NCBI RefSeq assembly: GCF_006345805.1
Contig: NC_043002.1
Span: forward strand, 41,540,001-41,604,000
Direction of reading: 5' to 3'
Source of the DNA: Octopus sinensis
Lineage: Eukaryota
DNA: 64,000 nucleotides
In this document: positions 25,338 through 37,084 of the stretch, piece by piece
How positions within the stretch are numbered: position 1 is the first letter of the stretch
Layout: the number at the start of each line of letters is the position of its first letter
The notes under the pieces: model-generated
Database searches by the model: none
What the model saw: only the letters and a program-made list of their open reading frames with translations
What the model was told of the DNA's origin: nothing
Made by a program: the position numbers and the translations under genes

Positions 25338-26306
25338 TACAATGCACTGCCTGGTCCAGGAATTGAAACCACGACCCTGTGATTGTGAATGCTTACACCC
25401 CAACAACTATGCTACATGCCTTCACAATACTGCAGTATATGTTATTAGAAATGTGTAGACACCACAAATTATTTTCTAACATTATTCTAAGGCAACATTC
25501 TTTATTAATAATAATGTTAAAAAAAAGTGGTAGGGTAGTGGAGAATTTTGGTATAAAAGTAAATAGTTTTTCATACAAAATACTTAGTTTATTAAGAATT
25601 CTTCAAAATTTGTTGTAAGTGAAAACTTTAAACTTTCGAAGTTAGTGCTCCACATATGAGATTGGAAAGAGAGAGAGAGAGAGAGAATACGGAAGGGAAA
25701 GAGTGAAACAAGTATGTTATTACATTGTATTAGCTGATTTCCCTAGAGATTTTTCAAAGTTTTCTTTAAACTTATTGATGAAGTTTTGCACAGGAAAAAC
25801 GCCGAGGTTGATGGGTAGGGGAAGAGAGAGAAAAATTTCAAAGAAAAATATAAACATTATGATGAAATGAAATATAGAAATATCTATAGAACTCTCTAAA
25901 TTACTAACTGGTTTTGAATTTTGCGTCTTGAGATGACTGTTATTATTTAGACTAAGATTTATCTTTTTCAATCTACCTGAAATATATTGCCAATAATGAG
26001 AGACGTTCACCATTTATTGATTGATTCTTTGAGTTAAGATTTTATTCAGCTTGCATTGCTCTCTTTCTTCTTTCTGCTCCTCACTCTTTATTCTTGTTCA
26101 TTTTCTTCTTCTTAACCATCTCTTAGCTGTTTATTTTTTATTTTTTTATTTTTGTTCCTCTACAACTTGTTTATTTTCTGTAACCCACTTCCTTTTAGTG
26201 TTCAGAGAACTTCAATAATTCAGATAAAATATCATTTTAGTTAATCTCACCTTATGTTTTCAACCTTTTCCTATTTCAGGTGCTTTAATAGATTTTGGGT
26301 TCAACA

Positions 26307-26342
<36 letters not shown>

Positions 26343-26345
26343 CAA

Positions 26346-26576
26346 AGGCAGCAAGCTGGCAGAATCGTTAGCGTGCTGAGCAAAATGCTTAGCGGTATTT
26401 CACCTTTTGGTACATTCTGAGTTCAAATTCCGCTAAGGTCGATTTTACCTTTCATCCTTTCAGAGTTGATTAAATAAATGCCAGTTATGCACTGGGGTTA
26501 ATGCAATCAACTTAATCCCCTCCCCACAAGCTGCCCTTGTGGAAAAAATTTGAAATTATTATTATTGCCATCATCA

Positions 26577-26619
<43 letters not shown>

Positions 26620-26837
26620 CAAAGGTGGTGAGATGGCAGAATCGTTGGCACACTTGATGAAATGTTTAGTGGTATTTTGCTCGTCGCTATGTTCTGAGTT
26701 CAAATTCTGCCATGGTCGACTTGATCTTTCATCCTTTTGGGGTCGGTAAAATAAGTACCAGTTGAACACTGGGGTTGATGTAATCGACAAGTCTCCAATC
26801 AGTTAAGAGAGCCACTGCCTGGTATTGCATCAGATCA

Positions 26838-26877
<40 letters not shown>

Positions 26878-27045
26878 AGATTCTGAAATTTGTTGCCTAA
26901 TTATAAGGTGGTGAACTCCCAGAACTGTGAGAATATTGGCAAAAATGTTTTGTTGCTTTTGTCTTCACTGTTAGTGTTCTGAGTTCAAATCCTGCCTAGG
27001 TCATCCTTGACTTTCATCATTTTTAGGTTGATAAAATGAAGTATG
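26346..27045 (+). mobile_element. Array of three family A SINEs separated by (ATT)n tracts
   Basis: Heads at ~26346, ~26623 and ~26906, each preceded by a (TAT)n run. Confidence 0.8.
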
Positions 27046-27395
27046 AGCCAATATATATCACCATCATCATTATTATTTTTAATGCAAAGTATATTAAGGT
27101 AGAATTTTCTACAGTTGGATGCTCTCCTTGATGCCAACTCGCACCTGTCTCCAGGTGCAACACCAACATGAGTATTTTTATTTACAAAGATTATGCAATG
27201 TTACAAGTTATGTCAAGAAGCCTGGACATGCTTTCAGGGTGGACTGCAAGTAAATGACGCCATTAATGAAGCTACTGCTTACAAACCAGCAAACGAACAC
27301 ACATATAGACTTGAGAAATACAAACTCACTTACACACACACATATAATTGTATGATAGGCTTCTTTCAGTTTCCATATACCAAGTCTGCTCACAG

Positions 27396-27446
<51 letters not shown>

Positions 27447-27448
<2 letters not shown>

Positions 27449-27809
27449 GCAAGTGAGAATCGAAATCGATCAACATCAATGGAAATTGCAGCTCTGATAC
27501 CAGTGCCGGTGGCACGTAAGAGAACCATCCGAACATGGCCGTTGCCAGCGCCGCTCTGACTGGCCCCCGTGCCGGTGGCACGTAAAAAGCACCATCCGAT
27601 CGTGGCCGTTTGCCAGCCTCGTCACCTGTGCCGGTGGCACGTAAAAAGCACCCACTACACTCACTGAGTGGTTGGCGTTAGGAAGGGCATCCAGCCGTAG
27701 AAACATTACCAGATCAGACTGAGCCTGGTGCAGCCTTCTGGCTTCCGAGACCCCAGTTGAACCGTCCAACCCATCCTAGCATGGAAAGCGGACGTTAAAC
27801 GATGATGAT

Positions 27810-27810
<1 letters not shown>
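27447..27810 (+). mobile_element. RTE LINE 3'UTR (family C)
   Basis: Three GTGCCGGTGGCACG units at 27503, 27569, 27628; GGACGTTAAACGATGATGATG tail. Confidence 0.8.
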
Positions 27811-27846
<36 letters not shown>

Positions 27847-28104
27847 AAGTGCACAATATCATAGATCCATTTCAGCCAGACTTACCAATTGATTTTGCAT
27901 TGCATATTAAATAATCGAATATGGGATAACAGTTCAGTTAAGTAATGTAATATGGTAAACATTGATTAATAAACGCTCTCTATTGATAAATATCATCACC
28001 ATCATCATTTAATGTCTGTTTTCTATGCTGGGATGAGTGCAGATTTTCCTGACTTCGGCATTTTTAGACAACAGTATATATATATATATATACACACATA
28101 TATG

Positions 28105-28530
28105 TATTCTTTTATTTTTCTTTTACTTGTTTTAGTCATTTTGACTGTGGCCATGATGAAGCACCACCTTAAAGGGATTTTAGTCAAAGCCGTCGAACCA
28201 AGGACTTATTCCTTATAAGTCTAGTTCTTATTCTATCGCTCTCTTTTGCCGAATCGTTAAGTTACGGGGATGGGGATATAAACACACCAACATTGGTTGT
28301 CAAGCAATGATGGTGGTTGGCGGGGGGACAGATGCAGACACAAGGACACACACACACACACATAGATATATATACATACATACATACATATATATATATA
28401 TATAATGGGCTTCTTTCAGTTTCTGTTCACCACATCCACTCACAAGACTTTGGTTGGCCCAAGGCTATAGTAGAAGATACTTGCCCAAGATGCCATGCAG
28501 TGGGACTGAATCTGGAACCATGTGGTTGGG
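28105..28530 (-). mobile_element. SINE family B
   Basis: Reverse-complement B tail, body and head. Confidence 0.75.
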
Positions 28531-30251
28531 AAGCAAGCTTCTATTGCATCATTCTTACTGTGTGAGTTTAGTCAACATATTGACTTGATCAGCTGATTTA
28601 TTCTTAATAAGAAATATCCATCAGTGAGCGATTAATATTATTGATTTCATTAGTAATACAGAAAAGGCACTGAACAAATTTTAGAAGCAATATTGGGGCG
28701 CTTGTCTGATGCAAGAATGAAATCATTCCCACCCTTTATTCAGTATCTGGAGTTTGCATTGTGATCTTAGACAAGGTACTTGACTCTAGTTAATAAATAT
28801 TGATAGATTAAATGCTAATTGCGAGAGAGAGTGTTTTCCCATTCCAACCACTAAGTACCATAGAAATGAATGATAGCATGTCTTATACTATGTGTGCATG
28901 GTGTGTGGACTAAGCATTCCCTTATCTCAGTTATCTGTGGCTTGCACAAGGATTTGGTTTTAAGTTAAGCTTTTGTGTGTTTAGTCGGGATTGGAAATTT
29001 GAAAGTGTGTGTGAGTGCAAAAGTGAGAGATGATGCCAATGAAATGTTTTTTTTTTTTTTTCCCCCATTGGTCTGCAATATATTGGTTTATAGTATTCAT
29101 GGTTTCATTTTTGAAAAAAAAAATGACTTTTGTAGTTTTTGTTTTCTTAATTCATTGATGCCAAAAGAAATTACTTTTAATATGTGTAATTTTACGATTT
29201 ATTTTTATGTACTTCATTTTATAATCTATTTCAGTACTTTGTTTATTTATCATTTTATATTTCATTTTCAAATATTATTTTATTTGTTCAGATGAAAAAA
29301 AAATGATATTAATAAAAGAGTAAATTAAATCACTTCTTTAAACAGTTTGATTTTAAAGTGATAAAACTTGCATGTGGACAAGTGTGTTTTTCTCCTTGCC
29401 TTCTCACTTATAGTTTTGTTTGTGTGTGTGATGTATTGAGATAGACAGCCAAGTATACCTGCATATAGGCTTAAAATAAGGAATACACACACAAACCAAA
29501 AGCTTTGTATGCATATACGCACACTATATCTACATATATATATATATTTAGACACACAAACACTTTATATATATACTCTCTCTCTCTCCATCTATCTATC
29601 TATCTATATATATATAATATATACACACATACATACACATACATACATTTGGATTTACACATGTATGGTATGTACGAGACTATTTAAAAATATATATTAA
29701 ATAAAATCTTTGAGATCACTTTATTTTACGTAGATGATACAAATAAATAACAAAGATATTTCTATTGACAGGACTGATTCGTGTCATGTTAAGTATTATG
29801 TTTTCTTTTTATTCTCATTTGCTTAGATTTTTTTTTTAAATAAAGTGATATTGATTGATTTTTCATCAGAAAATAACCCTCTTGGCTGAATTTTCTGATG
29901 AGTTCAATGAAACACAAAAAAAAAAAAAAAGAAGAAAGTAACAAAATGAAAACAATGAAATACAATGTATACAAATTTAAAAGAAGCAGTAATGAAAAAT
30001 ATAAGTATAATGATCCACAAAATGTTTAATTTGAAGGTAATGTATCTTCATATATTAGAAAATAAAAGCTAAAAACAATATAGAAAAAATATAATGAAAA
30101 AAATGAAAAAGAACTTTTGGAAATGTATTAAACAATCTTTAAAAAAAGAAATAAAATGAAAAGATTTTTGATTTGTCAACAGTTAATTAAAAAAAGATTT
30201 ACATCTTGGTATGTTATTGGAGAAAGGTGAAACAGAAAACCTTGTCTACAG

Positions 30252-30339
30252 GATTTGTAAGAAAATGCTTTGAATTTGTTCAACATCACTCTTTGTTTCA
30301 TATAACATGGAGAATTGTGAATTCCATTACATCGCTATG
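30252..30339 (+). CDS. Candidate 88-nt exon ((G)FVRKCFEFVQHHSLFHITWRIVNSITSL(W))
   Basis: Acceptor ccttgtctacag, donor ATG|gtatgt, one open frame; no protein recognised. Confidence 0.2.
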
Positions 30340-30608
30340 GTATGTGTACATGAAATACAGGGTTAGTGTTGAAGGATACAATTCTGGTTAGGTTACATAA
30401 ACAAAATGAGACGTAACATTGTTTTGAAGGCAGAAAGAAGTTTGATGCTACATGGGTATTTTTTTTCTTTCACTGTTTCCATTTTGTGTTTGGTATTTGA
30501 TCATGGGTTTTATCCATTTTCTTCTGACTATTTTTGTTTGTGAGGTTTCAATCCTGGTGCTCCAAGTAGTCAAACAGCTACCTTGTAAATTCCAGACCAT
30601 TATTCATA

Positions 30609-30824
30609 TGAAGGCATGCTGAAAAGTTCCTGGCTTTAAGAATATTGCGAAAAGCCTGGTTAGAGGTCTAACCTTCAGAGTTCTTTTACTGGGCTTAGAA
30701 AAACTAATGGACTGCTGCAACAGGGTGTGAACCTGAGAGGGGGATATGTTGAATAAAATCATTATTAACTGATCCTCCTGTATTTTCTTTTACTCAAAGT
30801 CAGGGACTTTTCAGCACACCTTCA
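30609..30824 (+). mobile_element. Mariner-derived MITE
   Basis: ~28-bp TIRs TGAAGG..TGCTGAAAAGT.CCTG.CTTT, TA TSD, internal remnant resembling the mariner C-terminus (..GLEKL...LRGGYVE*). Confidence 0.85.
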
Positions 30825-30849
30825 TATGATATCGTATGTCATTTATCTC

Positions 30850-31240
30850 CTACGTGTTTCAGTCATTGGACTGCAGTTATTTTAGGACACCACTTTGAAG
30901 GGTTAAGCTGAACAAATCAGCTTCAGTCTTTATTTTCCTTTTTTAAATGCAGTACTTATTCTAATGATATCTTTTGCTGGATTGTTTAGTTACAGAGATG
31001 TCAAGAGACCGACACTGGTTGACAAGTGATAGGCAAGGATGTGTGTGTGACTAACACAGACACACATGCACACACGTCTGTCTGTCTATCCATCCATCCA
31101 TCCAACCAGTTTCCACAAAGTTAGTGCCTACTAAATTCATTCACCCAGCATTGGTTGGCCCAGGGCTGTAGTAGAAGACACTCAGCCAAGCTGCTGTGCA
31201 GTGAGACCGAAACCAAAACACATGGTTGCAAAGTGAGCTT
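30850..31240 (-). mobile_element. SINE family B, diverged
   Basis: Reverse-complement B tail and head motifs. Confidence 0.65.
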
Positions 31241-31796
31241 CTGGAAATAGATAAGTAAACAAACCTTATTAGCTCAACATGCTCAGTAGGAGATTAATTA
31301 CCTAAGCTGGAATAGAAATACACTGAGTGGATGTGATTATGTTAAAGGTCTGGAGTTAAAAGGTCTGGAGTTCACATTCATTCTTAACTGTGGTTTTGAG
31401 ACAATATACTTTTATTCTGCACACCTGTTTACATAGCTGTTAGTAATTAATATGTTTGAGATAAACAGAATGAATAATTGTCTCAGATGAATTGTTGTTA
31501 TGATTATAATTTGGACATCTTAAGAGATGAAACAAATTTAATATTTACAAGTTTGATCTATAGTCTTCATTGAGCTTCTTATTTGTGGATGTGTAAATAG
31601 TAGCACATTTGATTTGGATTATGAAGATTTAGTTCTAAATTAATTTAATAAGTCTTATTTGTTTGGACACAAAGACATATATGTATGTCTATATATATAT
31701 ATATATGTTAATCCAAACAAGAAAACACAAAATAACACAACAACGCGAGGACGTGGAACAAATGTAATATTATTGGATGCTAAGGGAAGAAGGAGG

Positions 31797-31831
31797 GTTT
31801 AACGTTTCGAGCGGAGCTCTTCGTTGGAAAC
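31797..31831 (-). ncRNA. Minimal hammerhead motif with mutated core (family G unit 1)
   Basis: GTTT CCAACGA A GAGC TCC GCTC GAA ACGT T AAAC; perfect stems I and II, core CTGACGA changed to CCAACGA. Confidence 0.55.
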
Positions 31832-32021
31832 ATAGGAGAAGGAAAGATCCAGAGAAGGGAAGACAGAGGAAAAAAAATCGCCAACGGTACACATGAGGTC
31901 ACATTTATATATATATATATATAGTTAATTCAAACATGAACAAAGAGAAAACACAACAACACGAGGACGTGGAACAAATATAGTGTTATCGGACACTCAG
32001 GAAAGGAAAGAAAGAAGGAGG

Positions 32022-32056
32022 ATTTAACGTTTCGAACCGAGCTCTTCGTCAGAAAC
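32022..32056 (-). ncRNA. Minimal type I hammerhead ribozyme, core intact (family G unit 2)
   Basis: GTTT CTGACGA A GAGC TCG GTTC GAA ACGT T AAAT; palindromic ACGU stem III, GUU cleavage triplet, extra A after A9. Confidence 0.7.
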
Positions 32057-32094
32057 ATAGAAAAAGGAAAGGTCCAAGGAAGGGAAGACATATA

Positions 32095-32384
32095 TACGTT
32101 ATTTACATTTGACAGATATTTGTCCTCATCTTGTTTGTTGTTAACAGAACGTTTTGGCTGATATACCCTCCAGCCTTCATCAGGTGTCTTGGGGAAATTT
32201 CGAACCTGGGTTCTCATTCCTAAGGTATTTTTCAATGTTGTTGTTGTTATGATTTAGGTCACTGCCTGGAATCAAACTCAGAATTTTGGGGTTAGTAGCC
32301 CATGCTCTTAACCACTACGCCATATGCCCACAGGCATAGTGTAAATAATGTACATAATTCCTCATCTCTTGAATATAGAACTGC

Positions 32385-32385
<1 letters not shown>
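32095..32385 (-). mobile_element. Family F element copy 2: tRNA-like head plus hammerhead-bearing tail
   Basis: Minus-strand head TGGCGTAGTGGTTAAGAGC (A-box) ..GAGTTTGATTCC (B-box); tail homologous to 4462-4600. Confidence 0.8.
32143..32189 (-). ncRNA. Minimal type I hammerhead motif, G12>A (family F copy 2)
   Basis: AGACAC CTGATGA A GGCTG-GAGGGTATAT-CAGCC AAA ACGT T CTGTT; perfect 5-bp stem II. Confidence 0.6.
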
Positions 32386-32469
<84 letters not shown>

Positions 32470-32472
<3 letters not shown>

Positions 32473-32874
32473 CGCAGGAGTGGCTGTGTGGTAAGTAGCT
32501 TGCTAACCAACCACATGGTTCCAGGTTCAGTCCCACTGCGTGGCACCTTGGGCAAGTGTTTTCTGCTATAGCCCCAAGCCGACCAATGCCTTGTGAGTGG
32601 ATTTGGTAGACAGAAACTGAAAGAAGCCTGTCGTACATATGTATATATATATGCGTGTGTGTGTTTGTGTGTCTGTGTTTGTCCCCCTAGCATTGCTTGA
32701 CAACCGATGCTGGTGTGTTTATGTCCCCGTTACTTAGCGGTTCGGCAAAGGAGACCGATAGAATAAGTACTGGGCTTACAAAAGAATAAATCCCGGGGTC
32801 GAGTTGCTCGATTAAAGGCAGTGCTCCAGCATGGCCGCAGTCAAATGACTGAAACAAATAAAAGAGTAAAGAGT
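32470..32874 (+). mobile_element. SINE family B, full length
   Basis: GGCGCAGGAGTGGCTGTGTGG head through GACTGAAACAAATAAAAGAGTA tail. Confidence 0.9.
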
Positions 32875-32949
32875 ATATCAAAAGTGTTTTCATCTCTAAA
32901 GATTGAGGCTGATAATCTGGAAAAGTATTATTGTAGTACCATATCCATC

Positions 32950-33720
32950 AAACATGATGTTTGTTTCTGTCTCCTTTCAGTAGTTCGTAATTTTTCTGCT
33001 TTAAACTTTACTTGGTTTTCTTCATGCTTCATTTTGTATTTTTTTAAAACTTTTTATTTCAAACCTGGCTTTTGTTTCTTATGTCTTATTTGTCATTTTG
33101 TAGCATTGCCGTTCTTCTCCAATTCACCTCAAGTATTATGATCGAAAACTTTACATCTGTTTGATGTGACGTTTTCTGTTTTATATTTAAAGATTTGGCT
33201 CCATATTTCTTTTCTCTTATACTTTCACTCTTTTGCCCTTCTTCATTATTCTCAGCAACCCACATACTTCATTATTTATTTTCCTCTTTCTCTTTATATA
33301 TGTAGATATCTCTTTTCCTCAGTTAACCAAATTCAATCTCCACCTCTTATCTTCATCTCTCCAAGTCTTCCTCCACTTTTGATAGCATTTAGAAATTTCC
33401 CATACTCTCTATCTAATATTCTTCAAATCATTCACTCACTCTCCATAACTCCATTATTTCATCACATTACCTCTCTAATTTCCTCTTCTATTGTAAAGCT
33501 CTATCTTCCTTCCTCTTCTGTTACTGTATTACTTTATCTCTTCCTCTAACTTTGTTATCCCTTTCTATATTTCACTGACTGCTTTCTTGACTACTGATTA
33601 TTTCTCTCTCAATCTCCTTCTCACTGTCACCTGTCTGGTAACCTAATTAATTCTTCTTTTTTCATTATTGTCTTTGCCTCACTTTCACCTTTCTCATCAT
33701 GGCCCTGTTTTCTCATTTCA
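32950..33720 (-). mobile_element. Purine-rich (minus) decayed tract, possibly a LINE endonuclease relic
   Basis: Strong strand asymmetry; IRGGD(frameshift)LNLV resembles the APE-endonuclease GGDFN motif; many stops. Confidence 0.25.
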
Positions 33721-34820
33721 CTCTCTTATAACGTGATAGAAAGTGTTTGAACCCAACAAACAAAAAAGGTTACATGTGACTTGGACATTTTATATCTAAA
33801 GATAAACTTAATGATTATTACCTAAGAAATTCTGACATCTTGTCAGGAGATGTTCTCTCTTTCATTTGCTGCACATCAAGAAACTAGAGCTAAGCACTAT
33901 TCTTCACAAACCTACTGGATTTCACAGGAAATATTTACATATAAATATTGATAAATGGATGTAAGATCCGGGGCAGGAGGAAAGATTAAAGTAAAGTAGA
34001 AATTTGGCCCAAACTTGTAAAACTATAAAAAGAATTTTTTTAAAAGAACTGAGAATACCTCATTTAAAAAAAAAAAATTCTACCAAAATACTTTATAAAA
34101 TAATTTCATTTTTATCTAGTATCTCTATTTTGAGATGTTCAAAACCATTGCCAAACCACATAAGTTAATGGCCAAGTTTTTAAGCCTAAAAAAAAAATAA
34201 ATGAAAAAAATAATCCATCGATTTTGATTTTTCTAACATCTATTTTTTAAATTTTTTTTTTTTATTCCTACCTGATAAAATGAATTTTCTTGTATGAGAA
34301 GAAAGAAGTATTTTATTCCTCTTGAAGAGATATGCTATGTTCTGTGATCTATCATATGAGATTTGCTTGCAAAATATAATTTATCAAAGAATTAGTCACT
34401 GAGCCAAAATTGGTAAGAGGATTTCAAGCAGTTGACTGTTAAGTGATTTTCAGCTGCAAATAATCTGTTTTATCACAAATGCTTTTAATTTTGGAGCTTA
34501 TTTATTTATTTATCTATCTATCTATTTATTTATTTATGTTGTTTATTATTTTTCTCATTAAAACAGCTTAAATCTTAGTTTCCATGTTGTTAATTATTGT
34601 TTTGTTTTCTTTTCTTTTTTACTTGTTTTGAAGGAAGCACTTGAAATTTAAACTAGTTTTATTTTCTTTGATTTTTTTTTTATACAATTTCAGTTTGATT
34701 CAGATTTTAAAAAAATGTTAAAGTAACATTGTATACATCTGTATGTATGGATATATGTGTAAGTAAATATGTATACTTACATATGTATGTGTATGTAGAT
34801 ACATGTGTATGTATGTGTGC

Positions 34821-34856
<36 letters not shown>

Positions 34857-35609
34857 GTATGTATGTAACTATATATACATATGTATAAATGTGTGCCTGT
34901 GACATACAATTACATATGTATATATGTAGATGTATGCATATATGTGTATATTATATATATATTAAAAACGTATGCATGTTATATATCAGATATTCTCGGT
35001 TACAAAACAAAAAAGATCACTGTTGCATTACTCAACTTCAAATACAAATATATATAAATTTTATTTCAGACACATGCATTCCACACACACACGCATGCGC
35101 GCACACGCACACACACACACACACACTGAAATGTATGTGTCTGAAATAAATAAATTTCCTTTACTTTTCTCTATTTAACACCTCTTCTCTCTCATTTTTT
35201 TGCAAGTTAACTTTAAAACATCTTTTATGAGATGTCAGTACAAATTTTGCAATAGCATTTTAGTTTCTGTGGCAATTTAGAAACTGAGATTGTCCTTTTA
35301 GTAGTGTACTTGGCGCCATCATCATCATCATGGAGGATGATGGATTGGCAGAAAGAATCATTAGAGCACCAAAAAAAGTGTCTTGTAGTATTTGTTCCAG
35401 CACTTTACATTTTGAGTTTAAAATCCTGTTGAGATTAACTTTGCTTTTCATACCCTCTGGGGAGTTGGGGAGGGGGGCAATAAAATTTAGTACCAATCAT
35501 GCACTGAGGTTAATGGTATTGACTAATACCCTCTCTTTAAAATTACTAGCCTTGTTCCTAAATGAAGTTTTAGGTATCTACATTTGTAATATGATAGGGT
35601 ATGATTTAA

Positions 35610-35781
35610 CCCTTTAGCTTTCAAACCAGCCAGATCTAGCCTCTCATACCTACTCTACCATGCCATTCTAAAAATAAGCGATCATATCATTGAAATCTCA
35701 AAGCTATGAGATCATGCATGATTAAATTCAAAACAATGTGAATGAATGAGCATTTGACTGAGTAATCTGAATGCTAAAGGG
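35610..35781 (-). mobile_element. piggyBac-type MITE
   Basis: TTAA-CCCTTTAGC ... GCTAAAGGG-TTAA with perfect TTAA duplication. Confidence 0.85.
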
Positions 35782-37084
35782 TTAAGATAAAATTGGCTGT
35801 TATTTCTAGCAGTTCAATAGACTAACAGAGAGGCTTCTTTGTAAGCTTTTCTCACATCTAGTATTTTGGCAGGACTATAACACTGAATGAACCAATTGGA
35901 AAAAAGTAGAACTAATCCAATAAGCCTTGAACTGCAGATATTTTTTGCTTGTAAGATATCCAAAGTACCTACCAATTTGCAGTGAACTTAACAGTTCAAT
36001 TAGTTAGTCTTTTCAGGCTTATACCTAAGTTAAGATTTAAAATCTTGAAAGATGTGTAGTTACCGTTTTAAATGAGATAAGTAAATTCTGATGCCAAATT
36101 GAGCAGTTCAACCAACTATATTAGAAGCTTCCACACTGGCTGGCTCACTTTACGTCTATGTTATGAATGAATGTTGTTGGAGAACTCCATTTCAGCTCTA
36201 ATAAGCAAAAGCATATTATGATACAGGAAATATCCCACCCATATTTGGCAAGAAGCCACAAAAATACATGAACATGCTTTGTAGGTTCATACGATATAGT
36301 TTGTTTGCTTATTCATTTTATTTTGTTTCTTTTATCTTTTGTTTGTTTCAGTCATTGGACTGCAGCCATGCTGGGACACCGTCTTGAAGGATTTTAGTTG
36401 AACAAATTGACCCCCAATATTTATTCTTAAGCTTAGTACTTATCCTATCGGTAGTCCCTTCTTCTGAGTCTCTTATGTTATGGAGACATAAAACAAACCA
36501 ACGTCAGATGTCAAGTGTTGGTGGGAGACAAACGCTAACACAAAGACACATACACATAAGTACACACACACACTTGTATAAGTACAATGGTTATTTTATC
36601 AACTTTTGCATGATTTAAGCTAAAAACTGAAAACCATTGCTATAATATTTGTTAATGGCATTTTAAAATAATTTAATCAGATTGTATTGTTTAATGAAAG
36701 CTGAATATTCTTGAAATATTAGAACTTGCAATTTTATCAATTAAGAGATTTAACTTGATTTCATGAGATGCTTGTTTTTAAAACAATTTAAATTGTTTGT
36801 ATTTTTGTATGCAACTTTTAAAATATTCAATTATACATTGATTTATATTTTATTTATATTTAATTAGCCACAAAAAACATTGCTACAAATGTTGTGAGTG
36901 AAATCTCAATAAAAGGATTTGAAATAACATTTGTCTAAAGTAACAGAAAGATATTTGAGGGACTTTCTTATGTAAGGCATACACTGTTTGGTGCACGTAT
37001 GTATGTATGTGTGTTTGTATGTATGTATGTACGTACGCAAGAGAAAATACTGCATGTCTTGCTTGCTCTCTCTCTTTCTGGAGG

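Larger units (their letters stand above)
31707..32090 (-). mobile_element. Two tandem ~200-bp family G units (Penelope pLTR-like / retrozyme-like)
   Basis: Units 31707-31904 and 31924-32090 separated by (TA)n; each carries a hammerhead motif; third decayed copy at 47455-47577 (+). Confidence 0.75.

Noticed and set aside
27500-27650. CRISPR-like repeat-spacer pattern (GTGCCGGTGGCACGTAAAAAGCACC)
   Set aside because: Spacers are related to each other, the array lies in a multi-copy LINE 3'UTR of a eukaryote, and no cas genes are present
29895-29913. CTGATGA...GAAAC hammerhead-like match
   Set aside because: No stem II or stem III and no UH site; chance match. The CTGATGA hits near 16286, 53094 and 53530 also fail
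33166-33549. 127-aa plus-strand ORF rich in S/L/F/I
   Set aside because: Product of a pyrimidine-rich strand lacking stops by composition; no domain signature
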